A stretch of 64,000 bases of DNA from an uncultured virus (IMG/VR IMGVR_UViG_3300013121_000030) (Duplodnaviria; Heunggongvirae; Uroviricota; Caudoviricetes). Location of the stretch: IMG/VR virus record IMGVR_UViG_3300013121_000030, positions 64,001-128,000 of that record. The stretch is one strand, 5' to 3'. The notes beneath the pieces are model-generated. The model searched no databases. It saw only the letters and a list, made by a program, of their open reading frames with translations, and was not told the DNA's origin. Below, in pieces: positions 55,175 through 64,000 of the stretch (position 1 is its first letter; each line of letters begins with the position of its first letter). Both the position numbers and the translations under genes were made by a program.

Positions 55175-55934
55175 ACGTCTCCTCAAGAGACGGAACAAGG
55201 TACTGATTCCTCAAGGTCGTGGGCTCGTGGCCCACGGCCTTTGCCGTTTCTTCTAGGGCCTTCTGGAATTCTTTCTTGAGGATCTCGTCCTTTTTCTTTC
55301 GCTCCTTGGGCAGCTTGGGTCCCTTGGACCGGATCTTGGCGAGCCTCTCTTTCATGGATTCGTTGGCGTGGAATCCGCGAATGTCCTTGGCCGTGATCCC
55401 AAACTCCTTGAGGTAGGCGTTTACTTCCTCTGCGGAGGCGTCCACGATCTCATCGTCGGGGTCCTTGCCCTTGACGGCTTTCTTGAGGGCGGAGAGGAGA
55501 CGAGCATCCGTGACGTCCTTCTCTTGCTCCACCCCAGACTTGCCCACGTACTCCAGAGTGGCCTTGCCCTTGCTGAAGCGCACATGGTCGACCCTCCACC
55601 CCGTGACTCCAAAATGGCCCTTGTCAGCGGACTCCGAGTTCCCCACGCGCTCGTAGGTGTGGTCCATGAGGGCCACCGCCAAGGCCACCGAACACGTCTC
55701 AGGATCGTCGCAGGAGAGGTCCTCGTACACCTGGTCTCGCATCTCATCGATGGAGTGCCGAAGCTCCTCCAGCCTCTCTGCTTTCTCCTGGTGGCGACGT
55801 TGGACCTGGCGTGGGCCGTACTCGTAGATCACCCGTTCTTCTCCATCCTTGGTCTTGACCTTCTTTTTGCTCTTGTATTTCGCCAAGAACCTACGACAGA
55901 CCTTAGCAGCAATCCGAGCGAGTTCGCCTTCCAT
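55134..55934 (-). CDS. DNA topoisomerase IB (bacterial/poxviral type)
   Basis: Catalytic residues in ERVGN (R), YVGKSG (K), TAKDIR (R), VGH (H), LRNQY (Y). Confidence 0.88.
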   Translation of the reverse strand: MEGELARIAAKVCRRFLAKYKSKKKVKTKDGEERVIYEYGPRQVQRRHQEKAERLEELRHSIDEMRDQVYEDLSCDDPETCSVALAVALMDHTYERVGNSESADKGHFGVTGWRVDHVRFSKGKATLEYVGKSGVEQEKDVTDARLLSALKKAVKGKDPDDEIVDASAEEVNAYLKEFGITAKDIRGFHANESMKERLAKIRSKGPKLPKERKKKDEILKKEFQKALEETAKAVGHEPTTLRNQYLVPSLEETFMHDGEVIDALDS

Positions 55935-56786
55935 ACGGAAGACTCCAGGACATCGATAATTCACCGTTCCCACCAAAAAACTCTGACTTGACGCGGATGC
56001 TCCTCACCCGGTAGGGTGTCCGAGCTGTCTCCTGGAGGACTTCCTCCAGCGCAGAACGTCCACTCATGACTCTAACCTCTGCAATCCAGCGTAGGACGAC
56101 TCCCCGAAGGGGAGTCTGTCAGACCGTGGAGGGAGTTCATGGAGTGGGTGGGGACGTCCAGGGAAACCTGGAGAGGGTTGACGACGCCTCCGAGACAGCT
56201 CTTCGAGGACACTCCCCTGAGTCTCTTCAGGGGAGAGAAGACAAGGGTGCAATGAAGACCTGGAGCCTACAGGGAGTTCTCTCCCCATGGTTCCTGGACA
56301 ACCGGAGGACCTCCCAATCTTGGGATCCACAAATTGAGACTGTGGATCTTGGTCGACTCCTTCAAGGCGGGGGTCTCAAGGAGACCCCCTCTCCCTCCTT
56401 CTCTGGATCGAAGGGGGAGGGAGAGGTTAATGAATTCAATGTTAATGAATTGAATTCAGAGTCTTGTGTCTTCCCAATTCAAAATGAACAAACTGATAAC
56501 AACACTGAAAACGAACTACTTCAACTACTTCTCGTTCAAAACCTACTAACACCTGAGCTACTCGACACACTGAAACTCCTCGACACACTGATGAAGCTAC
56601 AAGAGCTAGTAGACCTGATGAACAACATGGATGAGATGACAAGGAACTATGAGTCCTGGGTGTCCTTTGTGGGAAGTGGGGAAGTGTTCCCCTGGGAGGT
56701 GGAGTTGAGATAACCTGGAGTAAGTTTCTCCTTGGGAGGAGAAATTCCTCTTATGGGTTCTCTCCTCTTGGGAGGAGAAGAACTTC

Positions 56787-57191
56787 ATGATTGGTCTGGG
56801 ATATGGTTACCATAGGACTGGGAGAGCACCTCTCAGAACTCCACTGGAAGCAAAGAAGGAACTAGCTCTTCCTGTGTATGCTCTTCTCTTGGGTAGAGCA
56901 TCGACAGTGTATCCTGGGACTTCCTTGGCTGGACCTTCAAGGGTGGTTGGGATATTCAAAAATCCTGGGAGTGGTGGAGATATTTCCCTGGTGGGAGTTC
57001 TTCCAGTCTGGGTGGATGGGGTTCAGTGGCAACAGGGAGTTCTTCCGGTGCTGAAGGATCCTCGTTGGAGTCCCCAGAGGCTTGTGTGGTTGAAGTTTTT
57101 GGGAACTGATCCATGGAGACCTGTGGGTTACATTGGGACGGCCCTTGAGGAGTCCTTTGTACAAGCTGGGTATGGTCCCAGGGTTCCTTGA
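56787..57191 (+). CDS. Hypothetical protein
   Basis: SD GGAGGAG; start of rightward operon. Confidence 0.5.
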   Translation: MIGLGYGYHRTGRAPLRTPLEAKKELALPVYALLLGRASTVYPGTSLAGPSRVVGIFKNPGSGGDISLVGVLPVWVDGVQWQQGVLPVLKDPRWSPQRLVWLKFLGTDPWRPVGYIGTALEESFVQAGYGPRVP

Positions 57192-57203
57192 ACGGAGGAT
57201 TCT

Positions 57204-57428
57204 ATGGTTGATTGGAAGAAGCCAAGTGTTGGGAGTGTTGCTTCCTTGGCAGACCCTGTGAAACCTCAGATTGGGGATCTGGTGGATATTCGGTGTCGGG
57301 AAGAACGGTGTGACTCAACCTCCATGAGGTTTATTGGTGAGGAGAAGCATGACTACTTGGATGGTGGGGGTACTACCTTCAAGTATCAATGCTCCCAATG
57401 TCAGAAGATCCTCACGGTGAGAATGTAA
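57204..57428 (+). CDS. Small Zn-ribbon protein
   Basis: C....C and CSQC; SD GGAGGA. Confidence 0.55.
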   Translation: MVDWKKPSVGSVASLADPVKPQIGDLVDIRCREERCDSTSMRFIGEEKHDYLDGGGTTFKYQCSQCQKILTVRM

Positions 57429-57988
57429 TTTTTCCTGTGCTTTGTCATGGAGCAGCAGCTCATGACAGGGCAGTACAACTGGCTAACCAGTTTGGACCCC
57501 TCCGGTTGGACTCCTCTCTCACAGTAGAGTCCGCGAGGCAGATTAAGGCTTGGATTGGTGAGGGGGACTTTTCCCTTCCTCATTGGTCGTGGGTCCTTGG
57601 ACCCGCAGACGAAGCAGATCCCGCGGCAGTCGATGCACTCTTGAAGCTCCTGGAAGAGCGTGGAGAAGAGTTTGAGGATGGGCCCGTTGTGTGGGCCCAG
57701 GATGATGGAGAGGTCCCTGGGACTCTCCGTTCGCGGTGTTCCATGGTGTGGTGTCCTGCACCTGGGACACCGAAGTCTTCCTTGGCCCTCTTGGGGACAG
57801 AAGAGGGGTGGAAGAGTCTTCGAGCTTCTGAAGACCCACGCCAGATTGCCGAGACCCTTGCTGGGGCATTGTCGCTGGAGAATAGTTGGGGTGTTCGGGA
57901 GGTGGAGTTGTGGGGTCAAACACGCCGGGTATTGGCCCGGCGTCACCCTTCCATCCTGGATGTTGGGTGGATGTGGAGGAAGTTCTGA
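57389..57988 (+). CDS. Degenerate clamp-loader delta-prime-like subunit (start uncertain)
   Basis: DEA...AVDALLKLLEE...VPGTLRSRC resembles the HolB/DnaX NALLK.LEE and TI.SRC motifs; no Walker A. Confidence 0.6.
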   Translation: MLPMSEDPHGENVIFPVLCHGAAAHDRAVQLANQFGPLRLDSSLTVESARQIKAWIGEGDFSLPHWSWVLGPADEADPAAVDALLKLLEERGEEFEDGPVVWAQDDGEVPGTLRSRCSMVWCPAPGTPKSSLALLGTEEGWKSLRASEDPRQIAETLAGALSLENSWGVREVELWGQTRRVLARRHPSILDVGWMWRKF

Positions 57989-58911
57989 TGTCCTACGAGA
58001 ACCTTCGCGTGCTAGAGGGGGACGATGAACAAATCCGTCTCTTTTTGAGAGGGATCGAGGAGGGTGTTGTGGATAGTGGGGGAGTCGTCATGCGAATGAC
58101 TCCCGAGATGTTTTTTTCGGTGACGAGAGTGGACCCAATTTTTGGTGCTACGTCCAAACCGTTGCGACGGACGGTTTACATTTTGGACGGAGACCCGGGG
58201 GAAGACATCTTGAAGACCACCGAAGAAGCCCTGGTGGTTATGGGCTCAACCCCCAAGTGGGGGGGGAAGCTCCCAAAGTCCTTTGTGTTGACATTTTCCC
58301 GGGGACGGCCCTGGGAAACCACCGAGCGAGCTATAACTTTTTGTCAAAATGAGGCGGTCCGAAGAGGGTTCGTGTTTCCTCAGCCTCTCGCCCAAGCACT
58401 GGTGGCACTCGTGGGGCCTCAACCTGGAGTTCTCTGGTTCGAGGTCCTAAAATTGTCTCATTTGGTGGGATCCTCCAAGGCAGTTGAGCCCACGTTCCTT
58501 CGAGAGTCCGCAGTAGGACTAGGTGGAGCGGAAGCGGCCCCCGCGATTGTTGAGGCGTTGAGCAAGAAATCCCGATTTGCGATGGCCAAGGCGTTGGTGG
58601 ACCTCCAACGGAGTGCAGAATCAAAGCCCCTTTTGGCACTTGTGGGATATTTACGGTCTACGCTGCTCACGTGGGTCGATGTGTCCAGGTATCGAGACCG
58701 CGGGTGGGGGTCAGAGGACATTGCATCGCAGATGGGAATGCATCCTTATCGCTACAAGATGCAGATAATCCCAATGCTGATGGGGTGGTCGACTCAAGAG
58801 CTGTCAGATCTTATGGAGGATCTGGGTTCAGTGGAGTTTGGGTGTAAAGAGGGAGGAGCTGTGTCACCATTGGTGATGCTTGAGGCTGTCCTTTTGTTGG
58901 TGTGTCAGTGA
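57988..58911 (+). CDS. holA: DNA polymerase III delta subunit-like protein
   Basis: LV.LVG......E..KL, ...[11 protein letters not shown], ..K.G....LE.L HolA pattern. Confidence 0.7.
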   Translation: MSYENLRVLEGDDEQIRLFLRGIEEGVVDSGGVVMRMTPEMFFSVTRVDPIFGATSKPLRRTVYILDGDPGEDILKTTEEALVVMGSTPKWGGKLPKSFVLTFSRGRPWETTERAITFCQNEAVRRGFVFPQPLAQALVALVGPQPGVLWFEVLKLSHLVGSSKAVEPTFLRESAVGLGGAEAAPAIVEALSKKSRFAMAKALVDLQRSAESKPLLALVGYLRSTLLTWVDVSRYRDRGWGSEDIASQMGMHPYRYKMQIIPMLMGWSTQELSDLMEDLGSVEFGCKEGGAVSPLVMLEAVLLLVCQ

Positions 58912-59032
58912 TGCACCTATAGCCGAGGCCTGGCTACCAGTGGAGGGTAGCCGCGAGGCTCCAAAAGGTTTGAAGCTTGTCCAATGTGTTTCAGAGGCGC
59001 ATTGGGCATTTTTTTTCTGGAGAAGGGGATTC

Positions 59033-62000
59033 ATGAAGTTCGCACGCAGGTTCACGTTGGATGCCAAACCGACCCAGTACGAGAAGAGGACTTCCAGGAT
59101 CACGAATCCTGACGGTTCGGTGGTGTTTGAGGCGGCAGGGATCCTGATCCCTGAGGGATGGTCTCAGGTTGCGGTGGATATCTTGGCTCAGAAGTATTTC
59201 CGAAAAGCCGGGTGTCCTGTAGCGGTCCGAGAGGTGGAGGAGGAGGGAGTACCAACGTGGCTTCGGCGATCCGAAGCAGACGTGGAGGTTCTCAAGAACC
59301 TTCCGGAATCCCAACGATTTGGCGGAGAGACAGATGCTCGCCAAGTTTTTCGGAGGCTGGCGGGGTGTTGGACATATTGGGGATGGAAGTACAGGTACTT
59401 CGACACCGAAGAGGATGCGAAGATTTTTTATGAGGAAATCTTCGTGATGCTGGAGCGCCAAATGGTGGCTCCCAACAGTCCACAATGGTTTAACACGGGC
59501 CTCCATTGGGCCTATGGGATCACGGGACCAGCACAGGGGCACTACTTCTGGGACTTCGAGACAGAGCAGGTCCGTCGTTCCGAGAATGCCTATGAGCGAC
59601 CGCAGCCTTCGGCATGCTTCATCCAGTCCGTGGCGGATGACCTGGTGGGGGATGGTGGGATTATGGACCTCTGGGTCCGAGAAGCTCGCCTCTTCAAGTA
59701 CGGGTCTGGAACGGGGAGCAACGTGTCCATGGTCCGAGGGGCGAAGGAGTCCCTCTCGGGGGGCGGAAAATCCAGCGGATTGATGAGCTTCCTGCGTGTG
59801 GGGGATCGGGCGGCGGGGGCGATCAAGTCTGGGGGGACGACACGCCGCGCAGCGAAGATGGTCGTGGTGGATGTGGACCACCCTGACATCGAAGATTTTG
59901 TCACGTGGAAGGTGAAGGAAGAGCGAAAGGTCGCTGCACTCGTCGCAGGTTCTAAGACATGCAAAAAGGCACTTCAGAAGTTGCTGGAGGCGGTGCTGTC
60001 TGTTGAGGGGGAAGACGGCTACGACCCCAAAAAGAATTCATCTCTCCGGGCGGCTCTTCGGGAAGCTCGTGCGGCTGGCATTCCTGAGTCGTACCTGCAA
60101 AAGGTAATGCAGTCTCGGGACTTTGAGACGTTCGAGGAGTACACGACAGATTGGGACGCAGAGGCGTATAACACGGTTTCAGGCCAGAACTCGAACAACT
60201 CTGTTCGAGTGACCAATGATTTCATGGTGGCCGCAGAGAATGGACTACCGTGGCATTTGCGGTTCAGGACCACAGGCAAGGTCTCCTCGACTCTCGAAGC
60301 CAGGAAGCTGTGGGGTCTGATTGCAGAGGCCGCATGGTCATGTGCTGATCCTGGGATTCAGTTCCACTCCACCATCAATGAGTGGCACACGTGTCCAAAG
60401 GATGGGGAGATCCGGGCATCCAACCCCTGTGTGACAGGAGATACGTTGGTGGCTGTTGGAGACCAAGGGTGGCGTCCAATTCGGAGTCTTTGTGAAGAGG
60501 ATTTTTCCGTCATTGGCAGCGACGGTGAGGCCCACCAAATCTGGCCTGCATATTGTACGGGACGCAAAGAAGTGTTTCGTCTGCGGACAAGGGCAGGGTA
60601 CGAAGTCAAAGTCACCGCGGACCACAAATTCCTCACGAAAAATCGTGGGGATGTGAGGGCGGATGAGTTGAGTAAAGATGACATCCTCCTTTTGGGGCCC
60701 TCCAAATTTTGGGGGAGGGAAAGGGAGAGGATTCGGGACCTTTTCTCCCGAGAAGGCTTTGTGGAGACTGACAATGGTTATGTTGGTCTCGGGGGTGTGT
60801 CTCCCAACCAACTTCAGCAAACTCAAATCCACCTCTTGTCGTTCGGGATCCGGTCGGACATCCCCCGGGGGGAGAATGTGTTGTGCATTCGCGGGGGATC
60901 TCGGCATCTCTTTGAGCAAGAGATTGGGTTTGCTGCGGATAGCCCGCAGGCAGTAAGCCTCCAACAGATGAATCGTCTGGATGCAGAGTGGTCGCCAGAG
61001 CCTCTGGAGGACACTGTGGATGAATTTGTGTTTGTTGGGGAGGAGGATGTCTTTGACCTCACGGAGCCCGCGACACACCATTTCATTGCCAATGGGTTTG
61101 TAGTCCACAACTGCTCCGAATACATGTTCTTGGATGACACTGCTTGCAATTTGGCGTCCCTGAACCTGATGAAGTTTTTGGGGAAAGATGGCAAGTTGGA
61201 CCCGCGAGCGGTGGAGAGCGCGTGTCGAACTTGGACAGTCGTGTTGGATATTTCGGTTCTCATGGCCCAATATCCAAGCCAGGAGATCGCCCTTCGGTCG
61301 CACCTCTACAAGACCTTGGGGTTGGGCTACGCGAACCTGGGGACGTACTTCATGGTTCGCGGTATCCCGTACGATTCAGTGGCCGCTCAAGCGATCTGCG
61401 GCTACGTGACCGCGATCATGACGGGAGTGGCCTATGCGACTTCTGCGGAGTTGGCCGAATCTCTGGGCGCTTTCCCGAGGTACTCAGAAAATGCCGAATC
61501 CATGCTTCGGGTGATGCGGAATCACCGCCGCGTGGCCATGGGGATGGAGGATTTTGAGGGGGTCTCGAAGAAACCCCCACGGCTTCGGTCCAAGGATTGT
61601 CCGGACCCTGAGTTGGTGGATGCTGCTCAGGCTGTGTGGAAGAAGGCGGTGAGGTTGGGGGAGAAGCACGGCTACCGCAACGCCCAGGTCACGGTGATCG
61701 CCCCGACAGGGTGTGTTCTCCCAGAGACGATGGTGCCCACAAGCAAGGGACTTATTGGGCTTGGGGCCTTGGGGGATGTTGCTGGGCCTACCTGGCAAGA
61801 TTTGGGCGTTGAGGTGTCAACGCATGAAGGCCCCCGAACGGCGACAAAATTCTACATCAACTCAATCGAGAATGTTGTGGCTGTAAAAACAGCCCGAGGG
61901 TTTGAGGTGAGTGGAACTCCCCAGCACCGGATTAAACGAGTTGTTGGTGGTGTTTGGGAATGGGCTCGGCTTAGTGACCTCAAAAATGGAGACGTAGTTC

Positions 62001-64000
62001 CATTGGCCTTGGGGTCTAACACTCTGGACAAGGTGCGGGAGGTTTCTCTTCCTGTGTTGGGAGAGCCCTATTTTGGAAGTGTGAAGACCCTCAGGGTGCC
62101 CCACAAGATGACCCTTGAGTTGGCAGAGCTGGTGGGCTATTTCATGGGAGATGGCTCCCTCCACTCAAAGGGGTTGAGGTTTTGTGTCTCGAACAAGGAC
62201 CTTGATGTGGTGGAATATTTGAAGGGCCAAGTGAGGGCCCTCTTTGGGGTTGAGGCAACCGAACAAAAGCGCTCTGGATACACAGAGATTGGCGTCAACT
62301 CGACTGGGTTGGCTTCGTGGTGGGAGGCTGCGGGGTTTTCAAAATCTCGTCCTCACCCTGAGCATCAAGGGAAGGGGTGGACGCCCCATGTCCCGCATGC
62401 TGTGCTGGCTACTAACAGTAGTGAGGTGTACGCAGCATTTTGCCGGGGCCTTTTTGAGGCAGACGGCTCAGTTGCAGGAGGCTCTCCGAACTGGGGAACA
62501 AGCTCACCCTCTTTTGCTGCTCAAATCCGCACAATCTTACTGTCTCTTGGAATCCCCACGACTACAAGGACATGGATCAGTGGACTTGGCTCGGAGATGA
62601 GGTCCTTGCGTCCATGGAACAGAAGGTTTGCGGTCTCCTTTGCGAAAAAAGTGGGTTTTCTATCCCTTCGGAAGAAGAAGCTCCTTTGGGATTCGCAGGG
62701 AAAGGACTCCAAAAAGGATGGAATTTATGTAACATCAAAGATGGTGTCCAAAATTCCGAAGGGACATCCGCGACGAGCTGCGGCCATGATGTCATTCGGC
62801 AAGCATGGGTTTATTTCACGGGAAGTGTTTGAGGACCTGGCCCAAGACATTTGGGCTGACGAGAAGTGGCGCAGTGGATTTGTCTATGACAAGGTGGAGT
62901 CTTCTCTCCTGGGAGAGGAGGCTGCGACCTACGATCTTTCTGTGCCTGACAATGTTTCTTACGTGGCCAATGGGTTTGTTTCCCACAACACCATCGGCCT
63001 CCTGATGGACTGCGACACCACTGGCATCGAGCCCGACTTCGCCCTGGTGAAGTTCAAGAAGCTAGCTGGTGGTGGATACTTCAAGATCATCAATTCCTCA
63101 GTCCCGATGGCTCTGGACCGCTTGGGATATACAGATGTCGAGATCAACGACATCATTCGTTATTGCCGAGGCACTGGGACTCTCGTGGGGTCCCCCGCGA
63201 TCACTCCCCTGGACCTCCAACGCAAAGGATTCACAGAAGAGGTCCTTGCGCGCGTGGAGGCAGAGCTGCCCACGACATTTGACATTGGATTTGCCTTCAA
63301 CATCCACGTTTTGGGGGCAGAGTTCTGCAAAAATGTTTTGGGGATTTCTCAGGACCAATGGGGTCAACCTGGATTTTCTGCGCTTCGCGCTCTGGGGTTT
63401 ACCTCTGAGGAGGTACGGAAGGCAAACGATTACGTTTGCGGAACCATGACCGTCGAGGGGGCACCCCACCTCCGTCCAGAGCACTTGCCAGTATTTGACT
63501 GCGCCAACAAGTGCGGCCGCTATGGCAATCGCTTCATTGCGCCGATGGCCCACGTGCGGATGATGGCAGCCGCCCAGCCCTTCCTCTCTGGCGCGATCTC
63601 CAAGACGATCAACATGCCGCGCGAGGCGACCATTGAGGACGTCAAGGCGGTCTACCAGGCAGCCTGGGAAGTGGGCCTTAAGGCGCTCGCTCTCTACCGT
63701 GATGGTTCCAAGCTCAGCCAGCCACTCTCCTCGTCCTTGCTGCTGGACGACGATGTGCCTGAAGAGGCCACAACTCAACCCCAAATGATTGAAAAGGTGG
63801 TTGAGAGGGTGATTGAGCGTCGACAGGGAGAGCGTAGGACGCTGCCTTCACGGAGGCGGGGTTACACTCAGAAGGCTATGGTTGGCGGCCACAAAATCTA
63901 CGTCCACACAGGCGAATACGCCGATGGATCGGTGGGCGAGATCTTCGTGGACATGCACAAGGAGGGAGCCGCCTTCCGCTCTCTCATGAACTGTTTTGCC
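59033..64000 (+). CDS. nrdJ: Vitamin B12-dependent (class II) ribonucleotide reductase with two inteins; 3' end beyond window
   Basis: [101 protein letters not shown]; absent from ORF track because no stop in window. Confidence 0.95.
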   Translation, partial: MKFARRFTLDAKPTQYEKRTSRITNPDGSVVFEAAGILIPEGWSQVAVDILAQKYFRKAGCPVAVREVEEEGVPTWLRRSEADVEVLKNLPESQRFGGETDARQVFRRLAGCWTYWGWKYRYFDTEEDAKIFYEEIFVMLERQMVAPNSPQWFNTGLHWAYGITGPAQGHYFWDFETEQVRRSENAYERPQPSACFIQSVADDLVGDGGIMDLWVREARLFKYGSGTGSNVSMVRGAKESLSGGGKSSGLMSFLRVGDRAAGAIKSGGTTRRAAKMVVVDVDHPDIEDFVTWKVKEERKVAALVAGSKTCKKALQKLLEAVLSVEGEDGYDPKKNSSLRAALREARAAGIPESYLQKVMQSRDFETFEEYTTDWDAEAYNTVSGQNSNNSVRVTNDFMVAAENGLPWHLRFRTTGKVSSTLEARKLWGLIAEAAWSCADPGIQFHSTINEWHTCPKDGEIRASNPCVTGDTLVAVGDQGWRPIRSLCEEDFSVIGSDGEAHQIWPAYCTGRKEVFRLRTRAGYEVKVTADHKFLTKNRGDVRADELSKDDILLLGPSKFWGRERERIRDLFSREGFVETDNGYVGLGGVSPNQLQQTQIHLLSFGIRSDIPRGENVLCIRGGSRHLFEQEIGFAADSPQAVSLQQMNRLDAEWSPEPLEDTVDEFVFVGEEDVFDLTEPATHHFIANGFVVHNCSEYMFLDDTACNLASLNLMKFLGKDGKLDPRAVESACRTWTVVLDISVLMAQYPSQEIALRSHLYKTLGLGYANLGTYFMVRGIPYDSVAAQAICGYVTAIMTGVAYATSAELAESLGAFPRYSENAESMLRVMRNHRRVAMGMEDFEGVSKKPPRLRSKDCPDPELVDAAQAVWKKAVRLGEKHGYRNAQVTVIAPTGCVLPETMVPTSKGLIGLGALGDVAGPTWQDLGVEVSTHEGPRTATKFYINSIENVVAVKTARGFEVSGTPQHRIKRVVGGVWEWARLSDLKNGDVVPLALGSNTLDKVREVSLPVLGEPYFGSVKTLRVPHKMTLELAELVGYFMGDGSLHSKGLRFCVSNKDLDVVEYLKGQVRALFGVEATEQKRSGYTEIGVNSTGLASWWEAAGFSKSRPHPEHQGKGWTPHVPHAVLATNSSEVYAAFCRGLFEADGSVAGGSPNWGTSSPSFAAQIRTILLSLGIPTTTRTWISGLGSEMRSLRPWNRRFAVSFAKKVGFLSLRKKKLLWDSQGKDSKKDGIYVTSKMVSKIPKGHPRRAAAMMSFGKHGFISREVFEDLAQDIWADEKWRSGFVYDKVESSLLGEEAATYDLSVPDNVSYVANGFVSHNTIGLLMDCDTTGIEPDFALVKFKKLAGGGYFKIINSSVPMALDRLGYTDVEINDIIRYCRGTGTLVGSPAITPLDLQRKGFTEEVLARVEAELPTTFDIGFAFNIHVLGAEFCKNVLGISQDQWGQPGFSALRALGFTSEEVRKANDYVCGTMTVEGAPHLRPEHLPVFDCANKCGRYGNRFIAPMAHVRMMAAAQPFLSGAISKTINMPREATIEDVKAVYQAAWEVGLKALALYRDGSKLSQPLSSSLLLDDDVPEEATTQPQMIEKVVERVIERRQGERRTLPSRRRGYTQKAMVGGHKIYVHTGEYADGSVGEIFVDMHKEGAAFRSLMNCFA
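60428..61111 (+). mobile_element. Intein 1 in NrdJ (228 aa, reduced endonuclease region)
   Basis: CVTGDTLV...VTADHKF...[21 protein letters not shown] followed by Cys of NPCSE. Confidence 0.9.
61712..62989 (+). mobile_element. Intein 2 in NrdJ (426 aa, LAGLIDADG)
   Basis: CVLPETMV...GTPQHR...LVGYFMGDG...RGLFEADG...[21 protein letters not shown] followed by Thr of PTGTIG. Confidence 0.92.

Noticed and set aside
36790-55960. YTATC motif upstream of several putative late genes as a late promoter
   Set aside because: Too short and variably spaced to separate from chance by eye
1-64000. Stop-codon reassignment
   Set aside because: Recognisable genes are full length under the standard code and no suppressor tRNA was seen

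Overview
This 64-kb window looks like part of a large tailed-phage (jumbo-phage-like) genome, GC-rich and read with the standard genetic code. A myxobacterial host is tentatively suggested by Cys/Thr-rich lipoproteins and a histone-like protein. Left end: head module (intein-containing prohead protease, acidic scaffold, minor capsid protein, HK97-like major capsid protein). Next is a 3-kb DNA-methyltransferase/hexapeptide-repeat segment flanked by a 34-bp duplication of the capsid gene 3' end. Middle (~9.5-56 kb): accessory region with an ECF-like sigma factor, a nicotinamidase-vWA-PP2C-kinase operon (TerY-P/YegLKI-like), a Maf-CoaB/aldolase-methyltransferase operon, DUF932, an Rnl2-type RNA ligase, two more vWA proteins, IF-1, a stand-alone EF-Ts N-terminal-like domain, seven tRNAs, NadD, nucleases, a C39 peptidase and topoisomerase IB. 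Right end: clamp-loader-like subunits and a B12-dependent ribonucleotide reductase with two inteins, running off the window. Non-coding highlights read directly from the sequence: (i) 17 copies of a TGTAAN-N16-TANNNT promoter, 10 with a start codon exactly 6 nt after the -10 (leaderless genes); (ii) a 145-nt tRNA-like RNA with a perfect 18-bp closing stem and two T-arms, starting at the predicted +1 of one such promoter between the RNA ligase and a vWA gene; (iii) a cas-less type I-E-like CRISPR mini-array with 61-bp period. All calls come from manual motif recognition; no database searches were run.
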